Assembly: GCA_004431415.1 (NCBI GenBank)
Contig: QPMI01000428.1
Coordinates: forward strand, 186,001-250,000
Source of the DNA: Cyanophora paradoxa CCMP329
Taxonomy: Eukaryota > Plantae > Glaucophyta
Direction: 5' to 3'
Length of the DNA: 64,000 nucleotides
Part shown: one piece after another, positions 38,560-50,283 of the stretch
How the letters are laid out: every line of letters starts with the position of its first letter
Numbering within the stretch: the first letter of the stretch is position 1
Program-made: the position numbers and the translations under genes
Notes under the pieces: model-generated
Told to the model about the DNA's origin: nothing
The model's input: only the letters and a program-made list of their open reading frames with translations
The model's database searches: none

Positions 38560-39635
38560 TTTTTTTTCAGGAGGGGTGACCCGGGTGAGGGCATCGCCCC
38601 CACGGTGTAAATTGCTCATTCGGCCCCCCCGCCCAGTGGGACGGACAGAGACCTGGCGGTGCGGAGGCGCTAGGCGCCGACATCAAGCTAGGGGGGCCGG
38701 AAGGGGTGGGGTTCTACTCGCCGAGGCCGAGGAGGGCTGCAAGGCCCCGCAGGACCTTATCCTTGGTGCTTTGGGTGCCCGGCGCCGGCGGCGCCGACTC
38801 GGCTGCGGCGGCCGGCGCCGCGAGGGTCTGGAGGAGGCCGAGGATGGCGGCGATGCCCTGCTCGGAGGAGGGGGAGGCCGAGGTTCCTCCGGCGGCCGCC
38901 CCGGCTCCGGCCGGGGCGGGCGCGGGGGCGGGAGGGGCTGGGGGCGGGGCTCCCGTCGGGCCGCCGGGCCGGCGGGGCGTCGGCGGGCAGCTCAGCGCCC
39001 GTGGTGGCGCGCTGGGCGACGAGGGAGGCCCGGAGGGCGGCGGCGGCCGCGGGTCTGATGGCCCCGGCCCGGGCCATGGAGCCGGCGTAGACGTCGGGGA
39101 GGGGGCGAGGCCCGGGCCCGTGAGGCCGGCGGCCTGGAGGCCGTACTCCGCCACGACCCCCAGGACGTCGGCTGCGCCGGGGGCGCCCTGCCCCGCCCCC
39201 CCGTCCCGGCCGTGCCGGCGGCGGGGCGGCGGGAGTGGCGGGGGCCGCGGGGCGGCGGCGGCGGCCGCGGCGAAGGCGGGGAGGGCGGCGGCGGCCGCGG
39301 AAGCGGTGGCGGCGGCGGCGGCGGCGGCGGCGGCCGCCGCCGCCGCGGAGGGGTGGGCGGCCGGGGGGGAGGCGTACGGGGGCTGGGCGCTGAAGGCCGG
39401 CCGCGTCGAGGTGGTCCCGAGCCTCGTCGCGGTCTGGGGCGCGGCGGTCAGGGACGGGGCGAAGCCGAACTGCGAGGTCCCGGGGGCGCCGCTGGCGGGG
39501 GCCGCGAGCGAGATGGAGGGGGCCAGGGGGCGGTAGGAGACGTCCGCGGGGAGGGCGGGCTGGGCCCGCGGGGCTCCCGGGCCCTCCTCGTGCGTCCGCT
39601 TCGTGCCTGCGGGCGGGGCGCTGCCGGTGGCGGGG
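38560..39635 (-). mobile_element. Retroposed segment (polyA + TSD) carrying an intronless Pro/Ala-rich partial ORF
   Basis: T8 tail at 38560-38567; TSD ataaatttagt(c/t)gtt at 38547-38561 and 39636-39650; frame open from 39635 to stop at 38714, then ~150-nt 3' UTR. Confidence 0.75.
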
Positions 39636-39857
39636 ATAAATTTAGTTGTTGTAAATAATTGCCATAAATTGCCGAGAGGTCGAATTCGGCAATTTATCAC
39701 CACGGCAATTGCTTGGGGGGTAGATGGTTTTCTAGGCAGCCATTTGGTCGAAATCTGGATTCGGCAATTTATCGCCACGTGCACGGTGCACGGCAATTCC
39801 GGGCCGGCCGGATCCGGTTTTGGCGGAATTCGGCAAATTAACTCCACGCGTACGGTA
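39636..39857 (+). mobile_element. Right part of a TA-flanked MITE-like repeat interrupted by the retroposed segment (left end tactgta at 38541)
   Basis: cggcaattt motif family shared with 27995-28195; ends tacggta at 39851-39857. Confidence 0.55.
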
Positions 39858-40281
39858 ATTTATAATTACTAAGTTAACTACGCCTACAGCTAGTACCGTC
39901 TGATTCCTTTTGTAAGTTTCTTGTATACGTATACGCGTGCGGTACAAGGAAACTACTAAGAGCTACCCCTAGCCTGGGGCCTGGGCGGCTAGGCCTGGTA
40001 CCGGTAGTAGGCTGGTACTACGGTAGCAGGCAAGCTGAGGCAACTCACTGAGTCATCAGCCGCAAGTTCCCGCAACTGCTACCGGTACCAGCCTACTACC
40101 AGGCCCAGGGTAACCAGGGGCCTAGCCTACGCGTGCGTGCGTACTACGGTATACATTTCTTGTAACTGCCGCAGTAGTAAGTTAAACTAGTAACTGCCAG
40201 GCTGCCTTCGCCTCGGCGACGCCTCGGCGAGCTGACGGCACGCGTGGGACAGGCCGCTGACGTTGACACCGTGGCATAGCG

Positions 40282-43200
40282 ATGGCGCGGTCGCAGAGCT
40301 CGCACGGCGCGCCGGCCGCGCTGGCGGTCGCCGCCCTTCTGGGCCTCCTCGCGGTCGCCCTCGCCTCGGCGAGCGACGGATGCCGCGCGAGCCTCCAGCA
40401 CCCGCACAAGGTGCGTGTTTACGCCCACACGATCACGCATACGTATTCGTACCATCCCGCTTCCGTGCACACATGCATATACACGTACAAACAGATCTCA
40501 AATTTTAGACCACAGCCCGTCACAGCCTCGACACGCATACATATGCACCCGTTAGGAGATGTGCCGCATGTTTACTGTTACTCACGAGTCTCGGCGTCCG
40601 TATTCGCGCAGATCTGCTTCGCGAACGGCCGATCGGTCGACACGCATGCCCAGCCGGCCCTCGCGCACCACGCGAAGCTCCGGGCCCGCCAGTCGTCGCC
40701 AGGGCCGCACGACCGTCACCGCGGCCAGTCGCAGCACGACGTCTACGACCAGCCGCGTGTCTACCTGGTGCGCACGGCTCAAAGCCAGCCGTCACCCGGC
40801 AAGCACTGATGTGGGGTTATCGATGCTCCGGTCAGGTCCACGTCGGTGCCCCGCTGACGGTCCAGGCGAGGGCTGCGATCGAGTCGCACGCGGGCGTCGC
40901 TCTTGGTGGCTACATCCCGCACCACTCCTACTTCGTCACCGCCACGCCCAGCCAGGCCGAGCGCTTGCGGTGCGCAGTCAATTGAAATGAATTCGAAAAC
41001 GTTTTTCTCGACTAGTGCTGCTCATGCGCAAACCGTACTTATTTCGATTTCGAATCGAATTCGAATCTTGATAAGTATAACGTCGAATGATAATTCCAGC
41101 TTTATTTTTTTACATGCGCGTGTGCACGCAGAACGGCCCCTGGCGTGCAGTGGATCGACGCGCACCGCCCCGAGCACAAGGCACGGCCTCGTCCAGCTGC
41201 AGGCCTAGGATCGCCCCACGCTGAACCCCGCCCCAGATCGCGCGCTCGGTCGCCTCGTTTGCCGCCCAGACAAACGAGCTCCACGCACACATTCAGGCCG
41301 AAGGCGACCTTGCTGCGTACGCCGGTGCGCTCTCGAAGTTCCGCTTGCCACAGTTGGAGCTCGTCCATAGACGCATGCGTTCGGAAGTATGCCTTGACAG
41401 TTTTGCTGAATCCGCGCGCGCGCGCGCGCTCATACAGCCGCTTTGGAGAAGGCGCTCCGGGACGAGTTCGCCGGATCCGCGATTGCGGTCCGCCCCTCGC
41501 GCGAGGCGGTCCGCGTCATCTGCGGGAATGCCGACCCCAGTCGCGTCGCCGAGCGTCTGGCGCACGAGGTGGTCACGGATTTCTTTTCCATGGATCGTTG
41601 GAATTGATCCACAGTTGAGCTCGAATCGCCGAGCAGCCGCTCGTGTCTTGGGTGGACGGAGTGTCCCGCTCTACGCTTCGCAGCAGACACGCCGCGACTC
41701 TGCTGACATCCGGTACGGTGCCGCCTCGACTGCCAGCTGCAGAGGCAGCCGTCCGGGGCTCACCTGTGGCGCGCTCTTTCCCCCGCGTGCACGTGCGCAG
41801 GAGTGGGAGACGGCCTGCCCTCGAGCAACCCCCTTTGGGCCCGCGGGATCCACGGAGAGAACCAGATCGTTGCGGTGAGCCCGAGCTCGAGCACGCATCG
41901 CTAGATATCGCAGAAGTTTTTCACGCGCGCACCGACTTAAATAAATATCAAAGAACTGTACATATCTTGAGCGCGGATACTGATCGTGATCATGAGTTAT
42001 TGCATGGATCCGGAAGGCATTTTGAGCGCGATCGCGATCGGTTGTTTCGATCAGGTCGCAGACGGCGCCCTCGACTTCGATCACTGCTCATTCCTCGAGA
42101 GTGGGAGCGACACGGCCAGGTGCGCCCCCGCGGTGCGGCGGCTCACTTGCACTGAATTTCAAACCATCGCTTGCGCGTGCACAGTGCCTTCGCGTCTGCG
42201 TTGGCAAACATAACTCTGAAGGATACGAAAGATGCCATCCCGCTGACCAACCGCAAAAAGGTGCTCCTATGTTTACGGCCCCAAAATATGATCGGATGTG
42301 ACGTGCAACTGAAACATTAATATTGCAAATTGTCAGCTGCTCCGGTACTGGATTTCACCGAAAGAAAACGCGGTATTCAACGAGACCAGATCAGATTCGA
42401 AGCACGGAACTCACGTCGCAGGAACGGTTCTGGTGAATTTTCAGATTTACTTCCAATCATAAATGCGGAGTGCTTTGAGCTGATGACTAGTACGCATGTG
42501 TCTAGGGCAAAGTCCCGACCGACTGGGCGAACGCGACGGAGGCCGAGCAGGTGCACGGCGGGCCCGTCCAGGGCGCCATGGCCAGCGGCAGACGCCGAGT
42601 GTGCTGAGCGCGAGCCGCGCCGTCAGATGTCCAAGTACAACGGGGTCGCGTACGAGGCACAGCTCTTCTTCCAGGTCCGGGATCGGATCCGCTCGAATTA
42701 ATATTCGCGATCGATCGATCATGGATCGCCAGCGCTTCGAAACAAATATCGATCTTGGATCGCCGTTGCCGTTTAGGGCTGCCTTGTATACGCCTGATAT
42801 CGATTATGGCTGATGGCACCGTCTGTTGCAGCACATTGGCAGTCTCGGTACCACAACGGCAACCCCCGATAGCTTGTTCGACCTTTTCCAGCCCGCATAC
42901 GAGGTGAAACCGAACTCTGCAGCTGGGCTCGCAGCTGCAGGAATCCCCGGCCCGTGCTAACATTCCGCAACGTTGACCGGCCGCGGCAGCTCGGGGCTCG
43001 CGTTCACACGAACTCGGTGACCGACTCGATTCTAGGTCTTGGACCGAACCTCTCACTTCTCGTCTGACATTTTTCATTGCAGTGGGGTTGCTCCCCAGAC
43101 CCCCCCCAGCTAACCAGGTTCGTACGCTTTGCTACTCGCGATGATGCAGGTACAAGCAATGCAATCTCACACCGCGCGAACTGTGTACAGCTGTAACCAG

Positions 43201-46200
43201 TACCAAGAAAGTGCAAAGAGTGTCGATGCTTTCTCGTTCAGCAAGCAGGTGCATTAGACATCGCTTGGATTGAGCTTTCTGCGAAAGATCTGGAGCGTTA
43301 ACGTTGGATGGCCCGCTGGGCGCTCAATCCCGCGCACTTGCAGGACTTCCTGGTGCTCTTCGCGGCCGGGAACGACGTGCGACCCTGCTCTAAACACGCG
43401 TAAGACCTCTTTTCGCTCATTTACGCTCGCACTGCAGGGACACGGGGGCGCCGCCGAGGGCACTCTCGGAGACGTGCGCATGCGCGAGCTTGAGATTACA
43501 ATAAGTTCACTCTCGCCGCGCCGTGCGGGAATATCATAGTATGAATTCGAATGAGCACGAGCACACGTAATTATAATTTCTTTTGTGTGCTGCCGGCAGC
43601 CGGCGACGTGCAAGAACTGCATCGCCGTCGGCGCCTCTCACAACTCCGTGGAGGCTTGGAAGACCCTCGGCAAGTTCGACGAAAAATACTGTACGGCCTC
43701 TGATCCTTACCCGCCAATTTGTTGATTCTCAGCCTTTTAAGCTTACTACGTTTGAGCAGACACGGAATGCGTAACTTCGGGCTGGAGCTGTTCGGACGCC
43801 ACTTCGGGGGGATGGGGAGACGGTGTGCAGTGCATTTGCGGTGCCCCCCTTGGAGACTCACGCACTGGCGGGCAGCCCGCTGTTGCGGCGATCGCATTGA
43901 CACAAGCGCTTACAACCAGAGCAACATGGCCTGTGCGCGAACTCACTGTCGCCGAAATGTCCTGCAGCACAATCTGCAGCTTGGCATTTGCTCAGGATAA
44001 AGATCTAGGATTAAATTGTTCTTGTTTGTGGGTGTGCATGTGGCACTGATAGTTTTTCGGTGCAGCATTCTCATCTCGCGGTCCTGCTTACGATGGGCGC
44101 ATCAAGGTTCGCATTTTCATTGAACATGATCGAGCCTTCCATTCCGATCCCCGGGCCTTGTCTTTATCGAATCCAAAGTTTTGATCATGCATATGCGCGC
44201 AGCCGGATCTGGTGGTTCGCATCTATTTCCTCGGCTCGATCAGGCGCGTGCGTGTGAGCGCGGTGCGCGTGCGCGTGCGCAGGCGCCGGGCTACAAGATC
44301 GTTTCGGCGTACGCGGACAGAAACTGGACGTGCGTCTAGATATCGATCTCGAGCTCGCGGGCCCCTTCCAATCGCACGTCGAGTCGCACTTCTGTCGACT
44401 TCATTCTAATCGTTGTTTCGTTCGCGTTGCAGGTCGAACCAGTGCTCAGCATGTGCGCGGCGGACTTGTGTTCACGTTGCGCGCAATGCCATGATCATGA
44501 TGCATCCGGACTCATTCTTGCAACGTGCTTCAGATGGCCCTGGCACGCCAGGCGTCAAGCCGGCTCTACTAGCGATTCAAGGCACGTCGATGGCAACCCC
44601 GGCGGTGAGCATTTTCGGATAGACATGGCGCGCGTACTATAGTTTGGGGTCGCTGGGCGTGATCATAGTCGAACCGCCTTGGAATTTATTGCAGATGGCG
44701 GGGCTTGCCACCCTTGTTCGCCAGTATTTCGTTGAGGGGTACGCGATGCGCATGCGTTTAAAGCATCATATTTATGCATGATCATGATCTCGCACCGCAT
44801 CGATATCAGATATTACCCAACGGGCTCTAAGGTTCGAGTTTTAGAACCATCTTCGAGCATATGTTCGGCCCAGCTTCGATGTACATACAACGTTAACCAA
44901 AGCCTGCTTGTACATGTTATGACCTCTGCAGACGGCCTCGAACGGATTTTCGCCTTCGAGCACGCTGATCCGCGCGGTCCTGACGAACGGGGCCCGCATG
45001 CTCGGCGGCGTTGTCACCGACGGCGAGCCGAACTTCGAAAAAATCCCGCTGCAGACCGAGAAGCCCGACAAGTGCGCCCGGCGCGCATCGAGCTCTGCGA
45101 GGGGGCGCGCTGAAGTGCAGCGCACCAGGTACCAGGGATGGGGGCAGCCGACCGTGACGCGCTCGCTGCGCTTCGCTGACTCCAACTTCTCGTACGTTCG
45201 AACTCGCGATTTGTGATTACAAGCTGTCGTGCGTCCGAGTCAATGGCACGGTTACACCCTCGTGCGCAGGATGTGGTTCCACGAAAAGAACGTGACAGCG
45301 GCGAACCTCGGGGATGCCTTCGAGTTCTGCGTCGACCTCACGGGGCAGGACGGAGGCGCCGCCCCCTTCCGCACCACCCTCGTGCGCTCGAGCTCGTCGC
45401 CGTCGGCGCGTGATCAATCCCCGACGCTGTTGTATACGGATGTGCGGTGCAGGTCTACCTGGACCCCGCCGCAGAGGCCGGCGCCTCTCTGACCCTCGTC
45501 AACAACATGGACCTCACCGTCGTGGTTCGCCCTCCAATCATCTACCTCCCTCGAGCTTTCGCGAACTTGCACGTAAAATATAAAATCCCTCTTCCCTCCA
45601 TCGCGATCAGGAAGCGGACACCGGCAAGAAGTACTACCCCAACGGCTTGACGGTGCATTCGGATCGTGGTCGTTTTTTATTTACAGCTGCGTGCAGTCTC
45701 TCACAGTTTTCGCGACCGGCGTTCGTCGCGCGCAGGGGCCTGACAACCTCAACGTCGTGGAGCAAATCGCGCTCCCCGCGTCGGCGCGGGGCAAGCACAC
45801 CGTCTCCGTCAACGTGACGACCTTCGCCTCCGCCGCGGACCTCGGCCCCGCCCTCTTCACCCTCTTCGCCACGGGCAACTTCCCGACGCCCACGGCCGGC
45901 CGCTGCCTCCACGCCACCCCGTCCCCCTCGCCGTCCCCCTCGCCGTCCCCCAGCGGAACCCCCTCGCCGAGCCCCAGCCCCAGCCCGAGCCCGAGCCCCT
46001 CGCCCCCCGGCGGCGCCGGTGCCGGTGCCGGCGGGGCCGGTACCGGTACCGGCGGCGCCGCCCCCACACCGGCGGCTCCGACCCCGAGTGAGCCCGCACA
46101 CGGCCGCCCGCTCCGCGCGAGCGCCGCGCGCCACGGCTGATCCCCGCGCGCGGCGCGCGGCAGCGTCGAAGCCGAAGGCGACGCCGGCGCCGAACGTTGC

Positions 46201-46984
46201 GCCTGGCGTCAACGCCGTCGAGTTCGTCGTCACCCTCTTCGAGCTCCCCGGCGGCAAGAACGCCACCGCCGAGAACTTCGACGAGGAAACCGAGGCGAGT
46301 CTCCAGACAGGGCGGCGCCAGCTGCAGGCGCCACTCGCGCTTGCGGCGGCTGCAGTGCCTCAACCGGGCTGCGCAGGAGAACTACATTAAGGGCGTGGCG
46401 GACGTGCTGAGCAACCCGCCGCCGCCGGTCGACAAGGACCGCATCTTCGTGACGGACGTGAAGGAGAAGAGCTCGCGGCGGCGCGGCCTGCGGGCGACCT
46501 CCCTCGAGATCACCACCCTCGTCATCGAGGCGCTCGGCGGGAGCACCGCCGGTCCCCGCCCCGCCCCGCCTCCCATCTCCCCTCCCTTCGAATTCTGAGT
46601 CTCGGGCCGGGGCCTGATCGCGGGGGCCGGGCGGCGGGGGCGGGTGCAGCGTCCAAGTCGCTGGCGGCGATCGAGGCGCAGCTGCGGACGCTGGCCGCCT
46701 CGGGGGGCCTCGACATCCCCGGCTTCAACGTCACCGCCTCCACCATCTCCCGCGCCCTCGCCCGTGCGCCCGCGGACACCCCCGGCCCCTCCCTCCCCGT
46801 CCCCCGCGCCCCGGGGCCCGAGGCCGCAACGCGCTCTCTAACTTCCCCGCCAGCGTCCACGGTGGGGTCGAGCGTGCCGTACTGGCCCGCGCTGGGAGCG
46901 GCGGCGGCGCAGCAGGCGAGCCCACTCCTCGCCGGCCTCGCCGCGTTCCTCGCCGCGGCCGCCGCCTTCGCGCTCGGAATGTGA
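40282..46984 (+). CDS. Subtilisin-like serine protease (S8, Kp43/TagC-like) with signal peptide, prodomain, (SP)n stalk and GPI-type C-terminus; many exons
   Basis: GIHGENQIVA|VADGALDFDHC (Asp 42061), KHGTHVAGT (His 42403), YNGVAYEAQL, GARVHTNS|WG, LFAAGND, PATCKNCIAVGAS, FSSRGPAYDGRIK|PDLV, GTSMATP (Ser 44587), LVNNMDL, DNLNVVEQI; ends LLAGLAAFLAAAAAFALGM*. Confidence 0.92.
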
Positions 46985-48123
46985 GCCGACTGCACTCCGC
47001 TTTAAACGCAGCGATCGCGACCCCGCCCCGATCGCGATCGTCCCCCCCCCCCCCCACCCCCCCCACCCTCCCCCCCTCGAATACATCTTTCGATTTCGAT
47101 TTCGATTCCGCCATATGCATGGATTCAGGCCTAGGATATCTAGAGATATAATGTTGACAGCTGCAGGCAGTAAATGAGGGTGATCTACTCGTTGCATGAT
47201 TAAATTCGACCTTCAGCTTGCGCATTGATTGTCTTTTATTTCCTGTTTCGAACTTCAATTAATCAGCCAATCGCAATCTATGTGCGCGGCGGCTGTGCCA
47301 CGGTGCTCTCAAAGGGCCAAATTCCGGCCGTACGAATTGTTTGGTTTTTATAATCGGCCACATGCACATGTACCACCAGCTTCCACCAACATGTATGGTG
47401 ATGTACCATGCACCACATGCACATTTTCGAGCTATGGGCACCGGTTCCACCAGCTCGCCGCGTGACGTCGAGCTCGCATTCGGTGTAAAGAACTAGCTAT
47501 AGGACAAGCTTAAGCTGACGACGAGCCGATTGCAAAAAGACACAAACGGAAGGAGAGATCGAGCTATCTACATCTAGATCTAGATCTAGACAGAGCGAGA
47601 AATTAAAGATCATCGCGATCGGACGGCAAGATCTAGACGGAGCAAGGCCTAGGAGAGAGACACGAATTCGAAAAAAAGCTAAAGGTGAAAGTAACATCCA
47701 TCGACACTCATGATCACTGCAGCCGATTGCGATGAGCAGACTGTCTCAGAAACCGGCGGAGCCTCGGAGAAAGAGAAATCACAGGAATCATGATCAGATC
47801 CAGGAATGGAAGAGGAATTCGCGAGCGGAACGTTTAACCATTGAACAACGAGCTAAAGACGAAGTAGGCGGACTCAGCGACTGGAATATTAATTCGAAGG
47901 CGGATTCAGCCTGGCAGAGCCTCGGGCGGGGGCCGGAAGCCCGAGGGGACTGTCGACGCCGGGCGAACTTCAAGGCTTGAAGGTGATCATGGAGGGAAAC
48001 GATGCCGCAGTGCGCATTTCGGTGTTGTGCCGGCGTCGGGCTTCCCGCAATGCCGGGCTTAACGCATTAACATTACTTCGAATTCTACTTTCAAGTTTTA
48101 TAATCTATTCCGTTCTCACTCAC

Positions 48124-48745
48124 TCACTGCGTCAGCGACTTCTGATCACTGAGCTTCAGCTGTTCCCAGAAACACTCGCGCGAGAAGGAGGCCCCTACGC
48201 CCCGCCGAGGGCGCGGAAGCGCGCGCCGAAGGCCCCCGCGAGGGGCGCTGCCGAGCCCCCCCCCCCCCCCCCCGACCCGCTCGCCCCCGCCCATCGCCTG
48301 CTCGATCGCGAGGCGCACGCCGGCCGGCGGCGGCGCCGCGTAGGGCGCTGCCACCGCCCGCCCGAAGGGGCCCGGAGGGGGGCGAACGAGGGGCCCGGCG
48401 GGGGGATGGCGAAGGGCGGGGCGGGGTGCAAGGGAAGGGGTACCGGTACCGCCGCAGGGACAGGGCCGATGGGGGCGGGGCCCGTAAAAGGCCGGCGCGC
48501 CGCAGCCGGGCACGGCGGGGGGCGGGTACGCGGGAAGCGGCGGGCCGGGGGCGGGGGCGAAGAGGGGCGGCGGGCGGGGGCGGCAGGGCGTGGAGGGGCC
48601 AGAGGGCGGCCAGAAGAGCTGCGGGGGGCACGCCGGGGAGGGGACGGGCGAGGCCCCGGGGGTATGGGGACGGGGCCGGCCTGCGGGAGGGAGGGGCTCG
48701 AGAGGCGCGGCGGGGCGGGGGTGGAGGCGGGGAGGGGACCCGGGC

Positions 48746-48779
<34 letters not shown>

Positions 48780-48780
48780 C
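48124..48780 (-). pseudogene. Possible 3' fragment of an unidentified spliced gene abutting the SEN54 duplicate
   Basis: Minus-strand C-rich intron-like tracts alternate with short exon-like frames (LLAALWPLHALP; VRLAIEQAMGG); no 5' end before the G34 run. Confidence 0.3.
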
Positions 48781-48789
48781 GGATCCGGA

Positions 48790-49849
48790 CGGAGATCTCG
48801 CACGGCGTGCTGCTCCCCGGCGGGCGGGACGAGCGCGTCACGGAGCCGAGGGGGAAGCACTTCCAAATCCTGGGCGCCCCGGCGGAGGACAACACGTCTG
48901 AGTTCATCATATCCACCGCCGAGGCGCTGTGCGTCCCGTAGCGCGGTCGCGATCGCACCCGCCGCCCGCGCCCGCTTCCCGCGCCGAACGCTGAAGCGCG
49001 GCCTCGCCCGCTCCCGGCCGGCGCGCAGGTACCTAATGCAGCTCGGGATGCTGGAGGTGACGCGCGAGGCCGGCGTACCCTTGTCGATGCAGGAGGTGCG
49101 CCGGCGCCGCGCCGCCCGCCCGCCTTCTCGCGCCCCCCGGCGAGCAGCGGCGCGCGCCCAGATGATGGCGCTCGCTGCAGCTGGGGCCGGCGGGCCTCGA
49201 ATCGGCGGCGGCGTCGGCGACGGAGGGCCCGCCGCGCCCGCGTACGATGGAGCAGCTGACGGCCTTCTCGCGGCTCTCGCGCATGGGGTACGTGGCGCTG
49301 CCGCGGGCGGCCCGCGGGGCGGCCCCGGCGCTGCCCGAGGAGGCCAGGGTCCATTTCGACCTCTACAAGCCCCCGCGGCGCGCCGGCTTTCGCAAGACGG
49401 ACCCGGGGCCCCCCGACTTCCACCTCTTCGCCTTCTCGTGCGCCGTACCCCCCCCCCCTAGCCTCTTCCGCTTAGGCCCGCCTCTTAAGGCGGGCGGCAG
49501 GTCGGCAGGGGAGGCGCCGGAAGCGAGGCAGCTGGACGCGATGCGCGGGGCGGCGCCGGGCGGGGCGCCGCTGCTCGGGTCGGCGCTGGACGACGGCGCC
49601 TCGCTCGGCGTCTACGCGCTCAGCGCCGGCGGCCTCCCGACGCTGACGGCCGCCGACCGCATCCCGGCCCGGCCCCGGGGCCCCGGCTCCGGCCGCGGCG
49701 GCCGTGGCGGCCGCGTAGGGGGAGGAGGGCGGGGAGGGGGCGGCCCGGGCGGCCCGGGGCCCGGCGGCGGCTCGCGATCGGACGGAGGGGAGCCGGGGCC
49801 AGCCTCCCCGAATCCCGCGGCACTGGCGCCGCCCTCGGGCGCTTCCTAG
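48790..49849 (+). pseudogene. TSEN54: 5'-truncated, frameshifted duplicate of the Sen54-like gene (introns retained)
   Basis: High similarity to 36065-37093 including introns; first exon missing; frame change near 49170. Confidence 0.8.
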
Positions 49850-50283
49850 CTCCGAGGCTCCCGCTCCCACCCGGCTCGAGCGTCATGCCGATCTCCGCCC
49901 CCCCCCCCCTCCCCCCCCCTCCCCAGCCCCTCCCCAGCACCCCGGCCCCGGCCCCCCCCACACGTGCACCCCACACCCTCATCCTCGGTTAATCCCGCTT
50001 CCGCCCCCGCCCCCACCCCCGGCCCTGCCCCCCCCCCCCCCCCCCGACCCCCCCCCCCCCCCCCCCCCCCCCCCACACACAGAGTCGGCAGTGGCTCGGC
50101 GGAGCCGCAGAGAGTCGCCTCCGGCGCTGGCGCCGCTGGCTCGGCACTGCCAGGCTGAGTCGGCAGAGAGTCCGACGGTCGAGGTTTTACCGTGTAACAC
50201 TTGAGTATACGTAATGCGGTGCCTAATTAATGCGTTAACGTTTTCCGCTGGCAAAACGCATTAATTTACTTTACCCCCCTGGG

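Noticed and set aside
47490-48050. Purine-rich tract resembling a LINE 3' UTR remnant or decayed ORF
   Set aside because: No alignable match, tail or TSD could be established by eye.
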